From NCBI GenBank assembly GCA_026197075.1, contig JAPHQV010000030.1, positions 4,531 to 68,530 of the forward strand: a stretch of 64,000 bases of DNA, in the 5' to 3' direction. How positions within the stretch are numbered: the stretch's first letter is position 1; every line of letters starts with the position of its first letter. The notes under the pieces are model-generated. The model had not been told where the DNA came from and ran no database searches. It saw nothing but the letters and a program-made list of their open reading frames with translations. The DNA is from Gammaproteobacteria bacterium (lineage in GTDB: Bacteria > Pseudomonadota > Gammaproteobacteria > DSM-19610). This document shows, piece by piece, positions 20,739-38,074 of the stretch. Made by a program: the position numbers and the translations under genes.

Positions 20739-23003
20739 TCAGTGCACCTTCTCCCTCGTATCCTCCACCACTTCGCAGACCAGATGGTCCGCCTCGGCGT
20801 GGATATGCACCTCGCCACCGCCAACCAGGCGGCCGAACAGCAGCTCCTCGGCCAGAGGCTTCTTGATGTGCTCCTGGATCACTCGCGCCATGGGTCGCGC
20901 ACCCATCTTGGGATCGTAGCCGCGTTCCGCCAGCCATAGCCGGGCGGATTCGTCCACGTCGATGGTAACGCCCTTGTCCTGCAACTGGGCCTCCAGCTCG
21001 AAGATGAACTTGTCCACCACCTGGGTGATGACGGTGGGATCGAGCGGGTTGAACTGGATGACGGCATCCAGGCGATTGCGGAACTCCGGTGTGAACAGGC
21101 GCTTGATGGCTTCCATGCCATCGCTGGCATGATCCTGCTGGCAAAAGCCGATGGAAGGCCGACTCATTTCCGAGGCCCCCGCATTAGTGGTCATGACCAG
21201 CACCACGTTGCGGAAGTCGGCCTTGCGGCCGTTGTTGTCCGTCAGGGTCCCGTGGTCCATGACCTGCAACAGAAGGTTGAACACGTCGGGATGGGCCTTC
21301 TCGACCTCGTCCAGCAACAACACCGCGTGAGGATGCTTGTTGATGGCCTCGGTCAGCAGGCCACCCTGGTCGAAGCCGACATAACCCGGCGGCGCACCGA
21401 TCAGCCGCGAAACCGTGTGGCGCTCCATGTACTCGGACATGTCGAAGCGGATCAACTCGATACCCATGACGAGCGCGAGCTGCCGGGTCACCTCGGTCTT
21501 GCCCACCCCGGTTGGCCCGGCAAACAGGAAACTGCCAATGGGCTTCTGCTCGTTGCCCAGCCCGGAACGGGCCATCTTGATGGCGCTGGTCAGGGTCTCG
21601 ATGGCCTCGTCCTGGCCATAGACCGTCATCTTCAAATCCCGTTCCAGGTTACGCAGGGTGTCCTTGTCCGTGGCGGACACGCTCTTGGGCGGGATGCGCG
21701 CGATCTTGGCGATGATCGTTTCGATATCGCCCACGCCGATGGTCTTCTTGCGCTTGGAAGGCGGCAGCAATTGCTGGTTCGCGCCGGCCTCGTCGATGAC
21801 ATCGATGGCCTTGTCGGGCAGGTGTCGCTCGTTGATATAGCGTGCCGACAGTTCCGCGGCCAGGCGCAGGGCCTTGTTGGAATAACGCACCTTGTGGTGT
21901 TCCTCGAAGCGGGACTTGAGTCCCTTGAGGATCTGCACCGTCTCCTCGACACTGGGCTCCACCACGTCGATCTTCTGGAAGCGCCGCGCCAGGGCGCGGT
22001 CCTTCTCGAAGATTCCGCGGTATTCCTGGTAGGTGGTGGAGCCAATGCACTTCAGCTCGCCGGAGGCCAGCACCGGCTTGATGAGGTTGGAGGCATCCAT
22101 CACGCCGCCCGAGGCCGCGCCGGCACCGATGATCGTATGGATCTCGTCGATGAACAGGATGGCGCCCGGCTCCTTGTGCAATTGCTGCAGCACCGCCTTG
22201 AGGCGTTTCTCGAAATCCCCGCGGTACTTGGTGCCGGCCACCAGGGTGCCGAGGTCGAGGGCATAGATGGTGCTCTTGCCAAGCACCTCCGGAACCTCGC
22301 CATCGACGATCATCTTGGCCAGCCCTTCGGCGATGGCGGTCTTGCCCACGCCGGCCTCGCCTACCAGGAGGGGATTGTTCTTGCGCCGGCGGCACAGGAT
22401 CTGGATGGTGCGCTCGATTTCATGCTGGCGGCCGATGAGCGGATCGATCTTGCCCTGGCGCGCCATTTCGTTGAGGTTGGTGGCAAAGGTTTCGAGCGGT
22501 TTGCGTGGTGGCGCTTCCGCCTGCCCTTCCTCTTCGGAAGCAGGCGCGGCCTCTTCGGCCGGTTCGTCATGAATCTTGGAAACCCCGTGGGAAATGTAGT
22601 TCACCACATCCAGACGGGTGATGTGCTGCTTGTTGAGGAAATAGGCCGCCTGGGATTCCTGCTCGCTGAAGATCGCCACCAGCACATTGGCGCCAGTGAC
22701 TTCCTTCTTGCCGGAGGACTGCACGTGAAAGACCGCGCGTTGCAACACACGCTGAAAACCCAGGGTCGGCTGTGTGTCGCGGCTGTCGTTGGGTGGCAGC
22801 AAGGGCGTGGTCTCTTCCAGGAAGGCGCGCAACTCGGCCTTCAACTGGTTGAGGTCGGCGCCACAGGCACGCAGAACCTCGGCCGCGGTCGGGTTATCCA
22901 GCAAGGCCAGCAGCAGGTGTTCCACGGTCATGAACTCGTGGCGCTGTTCGCGCGCTTCCTTGAAGGCCAGATTGAGGGTGAATTCCAGTTCCTTGCTCAA
23001 CAT
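20739..23003 (-). CDS. clpA: ATP-dependent Clp protease ATP-binding subunit ClpA
   Basis: 754 aa. N-domain plus two AAA+ modules ([10 protein letters not shown] and [10 protein letters not shown]). Confidence 0.97.
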   Translation of the reverse strand: MLSKELEFTLNLAFKEAREQRHEFMTVEHLLLALLDNPTAAEVLRACGADLNQLKAELRAFLEETTPLLPPNDSRDTQPTLGFQRVLQRAVFHVQSSGKKEVTGANVLVAIFSEQESQAAYFLNKQHITRLDVVNYISHGVSKIHDEPAEEAAPASEEEGQAEAPPRKPLETFATNLNEMARQGKIDPLIGRQHEIERTIQILCRRRKNNPLLVGEAGVGKTAIAEGLAKMIVDGEVPEVLGKSTIYALDLGTLVAGTKYRGDFEKRLKAVLQQLHKEPGAILFIDEIHTIIGAGAASGGVMDASNLIKPVLASGELKCIGSTTYQEYRGIFEKDRALARRFQKIDVVEPSVEETVQILKGLKSRFEEHHKVRYSNKALRLAAELSARYINERHLPDKAIDVIDEAGANQQLLPPSKRKKTIGVGDIETIIAKIARIPPKSVSATDKDTLRNLERDLKMTVYGQDEAIETLTSAIKMARSGLGNEQKPIGSFLFAGPTGVGKTEVTRQLALVMGIELIRFDMSEYMERHTVSRLIGAPPGYVGFDQGGLLTEAINKHPHAVLLLDEVEKAHPDVFNLLLQVMDHGTLTDNNGRKADFRNVVLVMTTNAGASEMSRPSIGFCQQDHASDGMEAIKRLFTPEFRNRLDAVIQFNPLDPTVITQVVDKFIFELEAQLQDKGVTIDVDESARLWLAERGYDPKMGARPMARVIQEHIKKPLAEELLFGRLVGGGEVHIHAEADHLVCEVVEDTREKVH

Positions 23004-23025
23004 ACGATGCTACCTCTGTCCACGC

Positions 23026-23346
23026 TCATGCTTCTTCCATGATGCACAACAGCGGGTGCTGATGTTCGTGGGCGTAATCGGTCACCTGGGCGACCTTGGT
23101 TTCGGCTATCTCTCGAGTATAAATACCACAGACCCCCTTGCCTCGGGTATGAACCTGCAGCATGACCTGGGTGGCCTTTTCCCGGTTCATGGTAAAAAAG
23201 ACCTGTAACAGCTCCACCACAAATTCCATGGGGGTGTAGTCGTCGTTCAATAGTACAACGGAATACAGCGGCGGCCGCTTGAGCTTGGGCCGTTCTTCCT
23301 GGACCGCCAGGCCGTCATTGTCGATCAGTTTCGGTGTCTTGCTCAT
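23026..23346 (-). CDS. clpS: ClpAP adaptor protein ClpS
   Basis: 106 aa. [24 protein letters not shown]... Confidence 0.96.
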   Translation of the reverse strand: MSKTPKLIDNDGLAVQEERPKLKRPPLYSVVLLNDDYTPMEFVVELLQVFFTMNREKATQVMLQVHTRGKGVCGIYTREIAETKVAQVTDYAHEHQHPLLCIMEEA

Positions 23347-23525
23347 GGTCTGGATTCTACGCGAAGCGGTTTCTTCCTGATGGATGATATAGGATTAATT
23401 TACTGTAAAAACAACCCGGTTCGTGACGGTTTAGCGCCACCCCTCGCGGCGCTGAGACCCTGTCCGCCACCCCTCGATCGCAAAACTGTAAAATTCTCTG
23501 ACATTTTCCATTGCGTTTCAGGTAC

Positions 23526-23555
23526 TTGACTGAATTCATCGCTTATGGCTAGAGT
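23526..23555 (+). promoter_or_regulatory. candidate sigma70 promoter of the cold-shock gene
   Basis: TTGACT (23526..23531), 18 nt spacer, TAGAGT (23550..23555). This would give a 5' leader of roughly 155 nt. Confidence 0.35.
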
Positions 23556-23717
23556 GCTCTGGCCCGTCCCTTTCGTCACTGCCGAGAGCAGCGGCTGGCA
23601 GAAACGGGCAAGGGAGGAACCGGCCCGTCGCGTGAAGCGCTTGCGCGTCCAGCCGGTCGGTCAATGCATCCAAGCGGACAGAAGATTCCGCAATGCAGCA
23701 ACGCGAGGATTGGAAGT

Positions 23718-23924
23718 ATGGCAACAGGAACGGTCAAATGGTTCAGCAATGCCAAGGGGTATGGCTTTATCTCACCGGACGAGGGGGGCGAGGATGTGTT
23801 CGCGCACTTTTCCGCCATCGAGATGGAAGGATACAAGAGCCTGCGCGAAGGCCAGAAAGTGGAATTCGATGTTTCCCAGGGACCCAAGGGTCTGCAGGCC
23901 GCGAAAATCCGCGAATTTAACTGA
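23718..23924 (+). CDS. cspD: cold-shock domain protein (CspD/CspA family)
   Basis: [34 protein letters not shown] carries the RNP1/RNP2 motifs. Divergent from clpS, as in E. coli and Pseudomonas. ATG at 23718 follows GGAAG. Confidence 0.93.
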   Translation: MATGTVKWFSNAKGYGFISPDEGGEDVFAHFSAIEMEGYKSLREGQKVEFDVSQGPKGLQAAKIREFN

Positions 23925-24080
23925 CGGCGCACCGTAACGACACGCACCGTCCTCCCGGCCCGGGTCTCCGTTCCCGGTGGTGGCCGGTCGTGTCAGTCTT
24001 GCCCGCCCTGTCCACGGGCGGCACCTGGCCAGGATGGGTATACCGTCCGGGACGGCAGGGTATGGTCCGACCAGCCACCA

Positions 24081-27396
<3,316 letters not shown>

Positions 27397-27721
27397 GGAT
27401 GTACTCCTCCTCGCAATGGCTTGCGAATTATTTTTCGGTAGAACCGGAATGGCGCGGGCGGCGCACACCGGCATTATCATTATGGCCCCTGCCCGACCGC
27501 ATCCCGTCCATCTGGGGACCCAACCTGCGGATGGCTTGCCCGCGCACGGCGGAAGCAGAGGTCATGGGTGCCATTTATTACCTTCCCGGGAGACAATGTC
27601 AAGTCTCTGACGCCGGCCTTTATTCATCGGCTAAGGCATTGAATCACCGCTGGATGCGGCTGGCGGGTTCGGGTATAACCTTTTGACATCAAGGATTTCA
27701 ACAACCTGCGGGACCCCTGTC

Positions 27722-28180
27722 ATGATCGATCGCGCCACCGTCTGGACCCCTCGGGTCACCGTCGCCAGCATCCTCGAGTGCGAAGGACGTTTCCTGCTGG
27801 TGGAGGAGTCCATCGGCGGTCGTCTGGTATTGAATCAGCCCGCCGGTCACCTGGAGGACGGCGAGGGCCTGCTGGCCGCCGTGGTTCGTGAAACCCGTGA
27901 GGAAACGGCCTGGGCCTTCATACCAGAGGCCCTGGTGGGCGTGTACCGCTGGCGTACCCGGGACAAGACCTTTCTGCGGTTCGTCTTCTGCGGCCGGACG
28001 GATGGGCATGATCCGCACCAGCTGCTGGACCCGGAAATCAACCGCGCCCTCTGGCTCAGCTGGGAAGAACTTCGCACCGGCCACTACGCGATGCGCAGCC
28101 CGCTGGTACTGCGCTGCCTGCAGGACTACCGGGATGGGCGACGCTTCCCCCTGGAGATCGTGCAGGATGTGTCGGACTGA
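27722..28180 (+). CDS. NUDIX hydrolase (NudJ-like position upstream of mnmA)
   Basis: Nudix box GHLEDGEGLLAAVVRETREETAW. Internal ATG at 27722. Confidence 0.85.
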   Translation: MIDRATVWTPRVTVASILECEGRFLLVEESIGGRLVLNQPAGHLEDGEGLLAAVVRETREETAWAFIPEALVGVYRWRTRDKTFLRFVFCGRTDGHDPHQLLDPEINRALWLSWEELRTGHYAMRSPLVLRCLQDYRDGRRFPLEIVQDVSD

Positions 28181-28240
28181 GGTCGCGCCGGCTCATGGCC
28201 GCCCTGATTCGGGTACAATCGCTCCTTTCATCATCCTGTC

Positions 28241-29338
28241 ATGCCGATGCACCTCCCCACCCGCAATGTCATGGTCGGCCTGTCCGGCGGCGTCGATTCC
28301 GCCGTCGCCGCCCTCTTGTTGTTGGAACAGGGCTGCCAGGTGGAAGCCCTGTTCATGAAGAACTGGGAAGAGGACGACGGCCCGGAGTACTGCTCCGCCG
28401 CCGTCGACCTGGAGGATGCCACCGCAGTCTGCGAGCGGCTGGGCATCCCGTTGCACACCATCAATTTCTCGGCCGAGTACTGGGACCGGGTTTTCGAGTA
28501 TTTCCTGGCCGAATACCGCGCCGGCCGCACCCCCAATCCCGACGTGCTGTGCAACCGCGAGATCAAGTTCCGCGCCTTCCTCGATCATGCCCTGCAACAA
28601 GGCGCGGACCATATCGCCACCGGGCATTATGCGCAGCTGGGAGAACGGGACGGCCGGATGGAATTGCGCAAGGGCGCCGACCCCGACAAGGATCAGAGTT
28701 ATTTTCTCCACCAACTCGACCAGCGCGCCCTGCGCCACAGCCTGTTTCCCATCGGCCACTTGCCCAAGGCCGAGGTACGACGCTTGGCCGCCGCGGCCGG
28801 TTTCCCCAACCACGCCAAGAAGGACAGCACGGGCATCTGTTTCATCGGCGAGCGGCGCTTCCGGGATTTCCTGGCCCGCTACCTGCCGGCCCAGCCGGGC
28901 GAGATCCGTTCCGTGGAAGGGGAATGGCTGGGCGAACACCAGGGGTTGATGTATCACACCCTCGGTCAGCGTCAGGGCCTGGGAATCGGTGGAGTGCAGG
29001 GCAAGGGGGAAGAACCCTGGTACGTGGTGGATAAGGATCTGGAGCACAACATCCTCGTCGTTGCCCAGGGGCAACAGCACCCGGCCCTGTATCACCAGGG
29101 CCTGAGGGCAAGCCAGTTGCACTGGATCAGCGGCAGCGCGCCGGCGGCACCCTTTCCCTGCAGCGCCCGCATCCGCTACCGTCAGCAGGATCAGGACTGC
29201 ATCATCGAACGGCTCGACGGCGATCGCTGCGAAGTGCGTTTCGCCATGCCACAGCGTGCCATCACCCCGGGCCAGTCCATCGTTTTCTACGCCGGTGAGG
29301 TCTGCCTTGGTGGCGGCATCATAGAAGGGCGATACTGA
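28241..29338 (+). CDS. mnmA: tRNA 2-thiouridine(34) synthase MnmA
   Basis: [20 protein letters not shown]-loop, ...[12 protein letters not shown]..., ...[10 protein letters not shown]... Confidence 0.97.
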   Translation: MPMHLPTRNVMVGLSGGVDSAVAALLLLEQGCQVEALFMKNWEEDDGPEYCSAAVDLEDATAVCERLGIPLHTINFSAEYWDRVFEYFLAEYRAGRTPNPDVLCNREIKFRAFLDHALQQGADHIATGHYAQLGERDGRMELRKGADPDKDQSYFLHQLDQRALRHSLFPIGHLPKAEVRRLAAAAGFPNHAKKDSTGICFIGERRFRDFLARYLPAQPGEIRSVEGEWLGEHQGLMYHTLGQRQGLGIGGVQGKGEEPWYVVDKDLEHNILVVAQGQQHPALYHQGLRASQLHWISGSAPAAPFPCSARIRYRQQDQDCIIERLDGDRCEVRFAMPQRAITPGQSIVFYAGEVCLGGGIIEGRY

Positions 29339-29433
29339 ATGAAAACCTTGGCGCTCTTGGCGGTTACAAGGTTTTCTTGTTGGCTCAACGTAAATAGCGA
29401 ATCATTACCACAACCGGGAGGAACCGAAGCCCC

Positions 29434-30072
29434 ATGCACCGCACCGAAGCCGAACGCGCCCTCGCCCTGGCAGGCCTGCTGCAGGCCTGCCGGCTGGTAC
29501 AGCAGGTCGCCCATGGCCGCCCCCGCGATACCCAGGCCCTGGAGACCAGCATCGGCAGCATCTTCAAACTCGATGCCGATAGCACCCTCGAGGTCTATGG
29601 CAGCCTGGCCGGGCTACATACCGGCCTGGAACTGGTGCGGCAGCAGCTGGAAGGCAAGCCGAACAAGCCGGACCTGGAACTGAGCCGTTACGCCATCACA
29701 ATCCTCCACCTGGAACGCAAACTCGGCCAGCACCCGCAGCTGCTGCAACGCATCAAGACCGGCGTGGAGATGGCCCTTTCCCAGGCCGACTACTTCTCCC
29801 TGGTACACAACAATGTCATCGCCAGCCTGGCGGAGACCTACCAGCAGACCGTCAGCACCCTCACCCCGCGCATCATGGTGCAGGGCGACCAGAACCAGCT
29901 CGATAACCCCGACAACGCCAACTGGATCCGCGCCCTGCTGCTGGCGGCCATCCGCTCCGCCGTGCTCTGGCGCCAGGCGGGCGGCAGCCGCTGGAAACTG
30001 CTCCTGTCCCGCCGCAAGATGGTCGCCGCTGCACAACGCTGGCTGGAGCAGGAACGGGGGACATTGCACTGA
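29434..30072 (+). CDS. hflD: high frequency of lysogenization protein HflD
   Basis: 212 aa. RALALAGLLQACRLVQQVAHGR... Conserved mnmA-hflD-purB neighbourhood. Confidence 0.88.
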   Translation: MHRTEAERALALAGLLQACRLVQQVAHGRPRDTQALETSIGSIFKLDADSTLEVYGSLAGLHTGLELVRQQLEGKPNKPDLELSRYAITILHLERKLGQHPQLLQRIKTGVEMALSQADYFSLVHNNVIASLAETYQQTVSTLTPRIMVQGDQNQLDNPDNANWIRALLLAAIRSAVLWRQAGGSRWKLLLSRRKMVAAAQRWLEQERGTLH

Positions 30073-30077
30073 GCCGG

Positions 30078-30148
30078 GCAGCCAGCCTGTAGGAGCGGGC
30101 TCTGCCCGCGAACAGGCCTACTGCCTGACCGGTTCGCGGCCAGCCCGC
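30078..30148. repeat. REP-like palindrome (cctgtaggagcgggc ... gcccgctcctacagg)
   Basis: 15-bp perfect outer arms plus an inner gcccgcgaac/gttcgcggcc pairing. It lies 6 nt after the hflD stop. The motif resembles Pseudomonas-type REP sequences. Confidence 0.8.
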
Positions 30149-30316
30149 TCCTACAGGTAGGTATATAATATTTTTCATAATGTTATTTGATTTTTCTAAT
30201 ATTTAGCATAAGCTTAGTCCCGCCCTGCCCGGGCTAGGCGCTCGCCGCCGAATGCATCATAATCAGGCGCTTTTGCGGCGCCCTTCCCCACAGCCCAGCC
30301 GATTTCAGGAGTAAAC

Positions 30317-32986
<2,670 letters not shown>

Positions 32987-33000
32987 TTTTTTGTTAGTCT

Positions 33001-34573
<1,573 letters not shown>

Positions 34574-34597
34574 CCTCGGCAATGTTCTGACATTGTG

Positions 34598-34798
34598 ATT
34601 CACCGCAAAGGCGCAAAGGTCGCAAAGAAATACAGGACTGGTACTGGTCTGGTGCGAAAGACGATCCGCCGGCATGGCAACGGACCCTTTGTTAAGGAAG
34701 CCCGGTTTGATTTCCTTTCTGTCATTCCCGCGAAGGCGGGAATGACGAATAAATTAGGGTTGAGATATCTTTGCGACCTTTGCGCCTTTGCGGTGAAT
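34598..34798. repeat. palindromic intergenic element, CAAAG-type arms (copy C)
   Basis: attcaccgcaaaggcgcaaaggtcgcaaaga (34598..) and its exact reverse complement ending at 34798. The core of about 138 nt contains a second hairpin repeat. Confidence 0.9.
34721..34753. repeat. short hairpin repeat (gtc)attcccgc-gaag-gcgggaat followed by gacgaataaa
   Basis: Stem with a compensatory t..a pair in place of g..c, relative to the copy at 4369. The tail is identical. Confidence 0.75.
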
Positions 34799-34809
34799 GA
34801 ATTTCTTCT

Positions 34810-37215
34810 CTACGCCGGCACCTGCGCCAGCCGGTGCAAGGCCCAGCGCTCTGACTTCCAGCGCTGTGACGCGATCCAGCGCGCCAGTTCCCCGGCCCCG
34901 ATGGGGCGCCGGATCAGGAAGCCCTGGCCTATGTCGCAGCCCAGCATCTCGAGCAGGTCCCAGACATCCTCGCTCTCCACCCCCTCGGCCACCACCTTGA
35001 GACCGAGGTTGTGGGCCAGGTCGATAGTGGCGCGTACGATGACCGCATCGTTCTCGTTCTGGTCCATATGGGTGACGAAGGATTTGTCGATCTTTACCGT
35101 ATCCACGGGCAGTTGCTTGAGATACGCCAGTGACGAATAGCCGGTTCCGAAATCGTCGATGGAAAGCTTGAGCCCCATGTCGGCGAGTCGGCGCATCACC
35201 CGCCGCGCCGTCACCGGGTCGGACATAATGGCGCTTTCGGTGACTTCCAGCGTCAACCATTCCGGGTTGATGCCATGGTGCTCGATGAGACGCTGCACCT
35301 TGACGGGCAATTCCTTGTCCTGCAATACCCGCACCGACATGTTCAGACTGAGGTGCAGCTCGATGCCGTCCTGGTGCCAACGTGACCATTGCGTCAGGGC
35401 GTTATGGAACACCCACATGGTCAGGTCACGGATCACTCCGCTCTGTTCCGCAAGCGGAATGAATTCGTCGGGCGCAATCTGCCCCAGGGTCGGATGATTC
35501 CAGCGCACGAGCGCCTCGGCGGATGTGATGCGGCCGTTTCGCATATCCACCATGGGTTGGTAACAGAGTTCGAGCTGGTTCTTTTCCACAGCATCCTTCA
35601 GCTCACCCACCAATCCGAGGCGGCTGATGCTGTGCTCGTCCTGTTCGGGCTTGTAGAAGGTAAAGCCAAGACCACCACGTTTGGCGTTGTACATGGCCAC
35701 GTCGGCTCGTTGAAGCAATGTTGTGGCATCCTCGCCCGATTCGGGGCACATGGCCACGCCGATACTGACCCCGACCCGCAGGCATAACTTGTCTATGGTG
35801 AATGGTTTTTCCACTGCCTCGACGATCTTGCGACAGACGGTCTTGGCATGCTTGGCCTGCGTGGCCGGCAGCAACACCGCGAACTCGTCGCCACCCAGGC
35901 GAGCGAAGGTATCGGATTTTCGCAGCAGATCACCGATACGCCTGGCGGTCTCCTGCAGCAGGCGGTCTCCGATGTGATGCCCAAGGGTATCGTTGATCTC
36001 CTTGAAGCGATCCAGGTCCATGAGCAGGAAGGCCATGTTGTTCTGCTCGCGCAGGCTCTGGGCGATGGCATGTTCGAGGCGATCCTGAAGCAACATGCGG
36101 TTGGGCAGGCCGGTAAGGGTATCGTGCAAGGCCTGGTATTCCAGGGCCGTGGTCTCCGCCAGTACCTCTTCGGAAAAGCGCTGGAAACGCCGCTCCAGAT
36201 TCCGCAACTCATCGCCCGCCCTGACTCTCGGCGGCGTCATGCCCATGCGCTGGGCGAAATCGTCAACCCGGTTGTTGAGCCGCTGGATGCGCCGGCTGAC
36301 CCAGAGCGTGAACGCGGCTACCAGCAGCAGGGACAAGATCAGCGTGAGGAGACGCTGCTGACGGTCCGTGGCCTGCAAGCTGGCCAGCAAGGCGGTTTTT
36401 GATTCCGTCGGACGATAGACAGCCAATTGCAGGCCATCAGTTCCGCTACCCACATCCAGCGGATAACGTCCAAGGGCGTCCAGCCCCTCCATGCGTGCCC
36501 GCCCCGGATGCAGGAGACCCGGGGCACTACTGGCCACCACTTTGCCCTCCGGCATCACCAGCAACGCCAACTGCAGTTTACTGGCGTCGGCAATACGGGT
36601 GGCGGAAAAATACTCCGTGTTGATTGGGCTGGCGAGTACCAGGATACCGAGCAGGCGGCCGCCCGCACCCGAAACAGGGTGACTGGCATAGGCCAGGGGC
36701 TGGTGATCCAGCAGGGCCACCCCCTGTTGGCGGGGGTGCCACTGGAAACCTCCACGTGACCAGTCCAGCAGCGCCTTGTCCGCCACTGTCCCATCCTGTC
36801 GATATCCCTCCAGGACACGACCAGCGGGATCCAGCAACAACGCAACCCCCAGGGGCGGGAAGGATTCGGACAGGACCGTTTGCGTCAGCCAGGCAGGCCG
36901 CCAGCTCTGCAGGACACCAGCGCCATCCAGCGCCATGCCCAGGCGCGCCTGCAGTTGCGGTTGGGCCGCCAGCAGCTCGGCCAAACTGGCGAAGGCCTGC
37001 AGGCTGCGGTGGAAACGGCTATTGGCATCCACTGCCAGGGCCTGATCACGTGCCTGAAACTGGCTATTGAACCAGTCCTGGGAGACGTGCTGCTGGATAC
37101 CTCCCAGCAGACTGTAGACCAGTGCACCGAGCAGCAGGGCGGACAACAGCATCTTGAACAGCAAAGTGGGCGCGAGCCGTATCATCAGCCTGCGCAGGTT
37201 TGCCGGGTATCTCAT
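34810..37215 (-). CDS. membrane sensor diguanylate cyclase/phosphodiesterase (GGDEF + EAL)
   Basis: 801 aa. Two TM segments flank a periplasmic region. RLGGDEFAVLL (GGDEF). EALVRW ... DDFGTGYSSL (EAL). Confidence 0.9.
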   Translation of the reverse strand: MRYPANLRRLMIRLAPTLLFKMLLSALLLGALVYSLLGGIQQHVSQDWFNSQFQARDQALAVDANSRFHRSLQAFASLAELLAAQPQLQARLGMALDGAGVLQSWRPAWLTQTVLSESFPPLGVALLLDPAGRVLEGYRQDGTVADKALLDWSRGGFQWHPRQQGVALLDHQPLAYASHPVSGAGGRLLGILVLASPINTEYFSATRIADASKLQLALLVMPEGKVVASSAPGLLHPGRARMEGLDALGRYPLDVGSGTDGLQLAVYRPTESKTALLASLQATDRQQRLLTLILSLLLVAAFTLWVSRRIQRLNNRVDDFAQRMGMTPPRVRAGDELRNLERRFQRFSEEVLAETTALEYQALHDTLTGLPNRMLLQDRLEHAIAQSLREQNNMAFLLMDLDRFKEINDTLGHHIGDRLLQETARRIGDLLRKSDTFARLGGDEFAVLLPATQAKHAKTVCRKIVEAVEKPFTIDKLCLRVGVSIGVAMCPESGEDATTLLQRADVAMYNAKRGGLGFTFYKPEQDEHSISRLGLVGELKDAVEKNQLELCYQPMVDMRNGRITSAEALVRWNHPTLGQIAPDEFIPLAEQSGVIRDLTMWVFHNALTQWSRWHQDGIELHLSLNMSVRVLQDKELPVKVQRLIEHHGINPEWLTLEVTESAIMSDPVTARRVMRRLADMGLKLSIDDFGTGYSSLAYLKQLPVDTVKIDKSFVTHMDQNENDAVIVRATIDLAHNLGLKVVAEGVESEDVWDLLEMLGCDIGQGFLIRRPIGAGELARWIASQRWKSERWALHRLAQVPA

Positions 37216-37314
37216 GAATGTATGCGCTCCTTGTCATACCCCTGGCCGCGCACTCCGTGCTGCACCGGCCCTGGCGGCTCCGCGGCGCCCCCGCGCCAAT
37301 GGAATCCCCATGGG

Positions 37315-37356
37315 GAAAACCCTGCCCATCAGCCTGAGATGCAGGGTTTTTATGTG
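37315..37356. other. terminator-like hairpin inside a divergent promoter region
   Basis: aaaaccctgc (37316..37325) pairs perfectly with gcagggtttt (37341..37350). T-run on the plus strand, TTTT then CCCC on the minus strand. Confidence 0.5.
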
Positions 37357-37518
37357 ATTTATCATTACATTAAGTGATGTATTCCAGCGCTTGCGTCATC
37401 ACATCAACGCTGGGTATCGGCGTTACCGGGAAAAAGTTGAATTCCCACGCTGCCACACGACTTGTCCCGGCTGTCGCGGGACGGCATGATGAAACCGTGT
37501 GATTGGAGAGCACCGTCG

Positions 37519-38067
37519 ATGAATCAAGCCGTTAGCAAACCTGCAAGCCTCGCGGAACTCGACCTGGATGCCCTGCGTATCGGCGAGGATGCACAAGAGA
37601 TCCGCCTCGAGAGTCGGGCGGATAACCAGCGGCTGGCAGCCGCCCTGGCAGCACAGGCGGTACGCACCCTGGAAATCTTCAGTCGCGACCTGGAGGCGGA
37701 GATCTACGAACAACCCGATTTCCTCGAAGCCATCAAGAACCTTGCCTTGCGCTCCCGGCACGTCCGTATCCGCATCCTGCTACAGGACCCGAGCCGGGTG
37801 GTACGGGACGGCCATCGCCTGGTGGAAATGGCGCGCCGGCTGAGTAGCTTCATCGAGATACGCCGTCCCGGCCATGACCATCGCGACTGCAACGAGGCCT
37901 TCATGATCGTGGACAACACCGCCCTGCTGCACCGCCGCCTGGGTGACCGCTACGAGGGTCATGCCTGCTTCAAGCAACCGCTGCGCGCACGCGAACTCGT
38001 CAATTTTTTCGAGGAAGTCTGGCAGCGGGCCGCGCCCCACCCCGAACTGCAGCGCCTGCACTTGTGA
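37519..38067 (+). CDS. hypothetical protein with a degenerate phospholipase-D-like motif
   Basis: 182 aa from ATG 37519 (GGAGAG upstream). NEAFMIVD occupies the HxKxxxxD position, with H read as N and K read as A. Confidence 0.5.
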   Translation: MNQAVSKPASLAELDLDALRIGEDAQEIRLESRADNQRLAAALAAQAVRTLEIFSRDLEAEIYEQPDFLEAIKNLALRSRHVRIRILLQDPSRVVRDGHRLVEMARRLSSFIEIRRPGHDHRDCNEAFMIVDNTALLHRRLGDRYEGHACFKQPLRARELVNFFEEVWQRAAPHPELQRLHL

Positions 38068-38074
38068 GAATGCC

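Noticed and set aside
30167-30186. Fur-box-like sequence cataatgttatttgattttt in the AT-rich block upstream of acnA.
   Set aside because: Only about half of the positions match the 19-bp E. coli Fur consensus in my hand alignment. In such AT-rich DNA that level of match is expected by chance.
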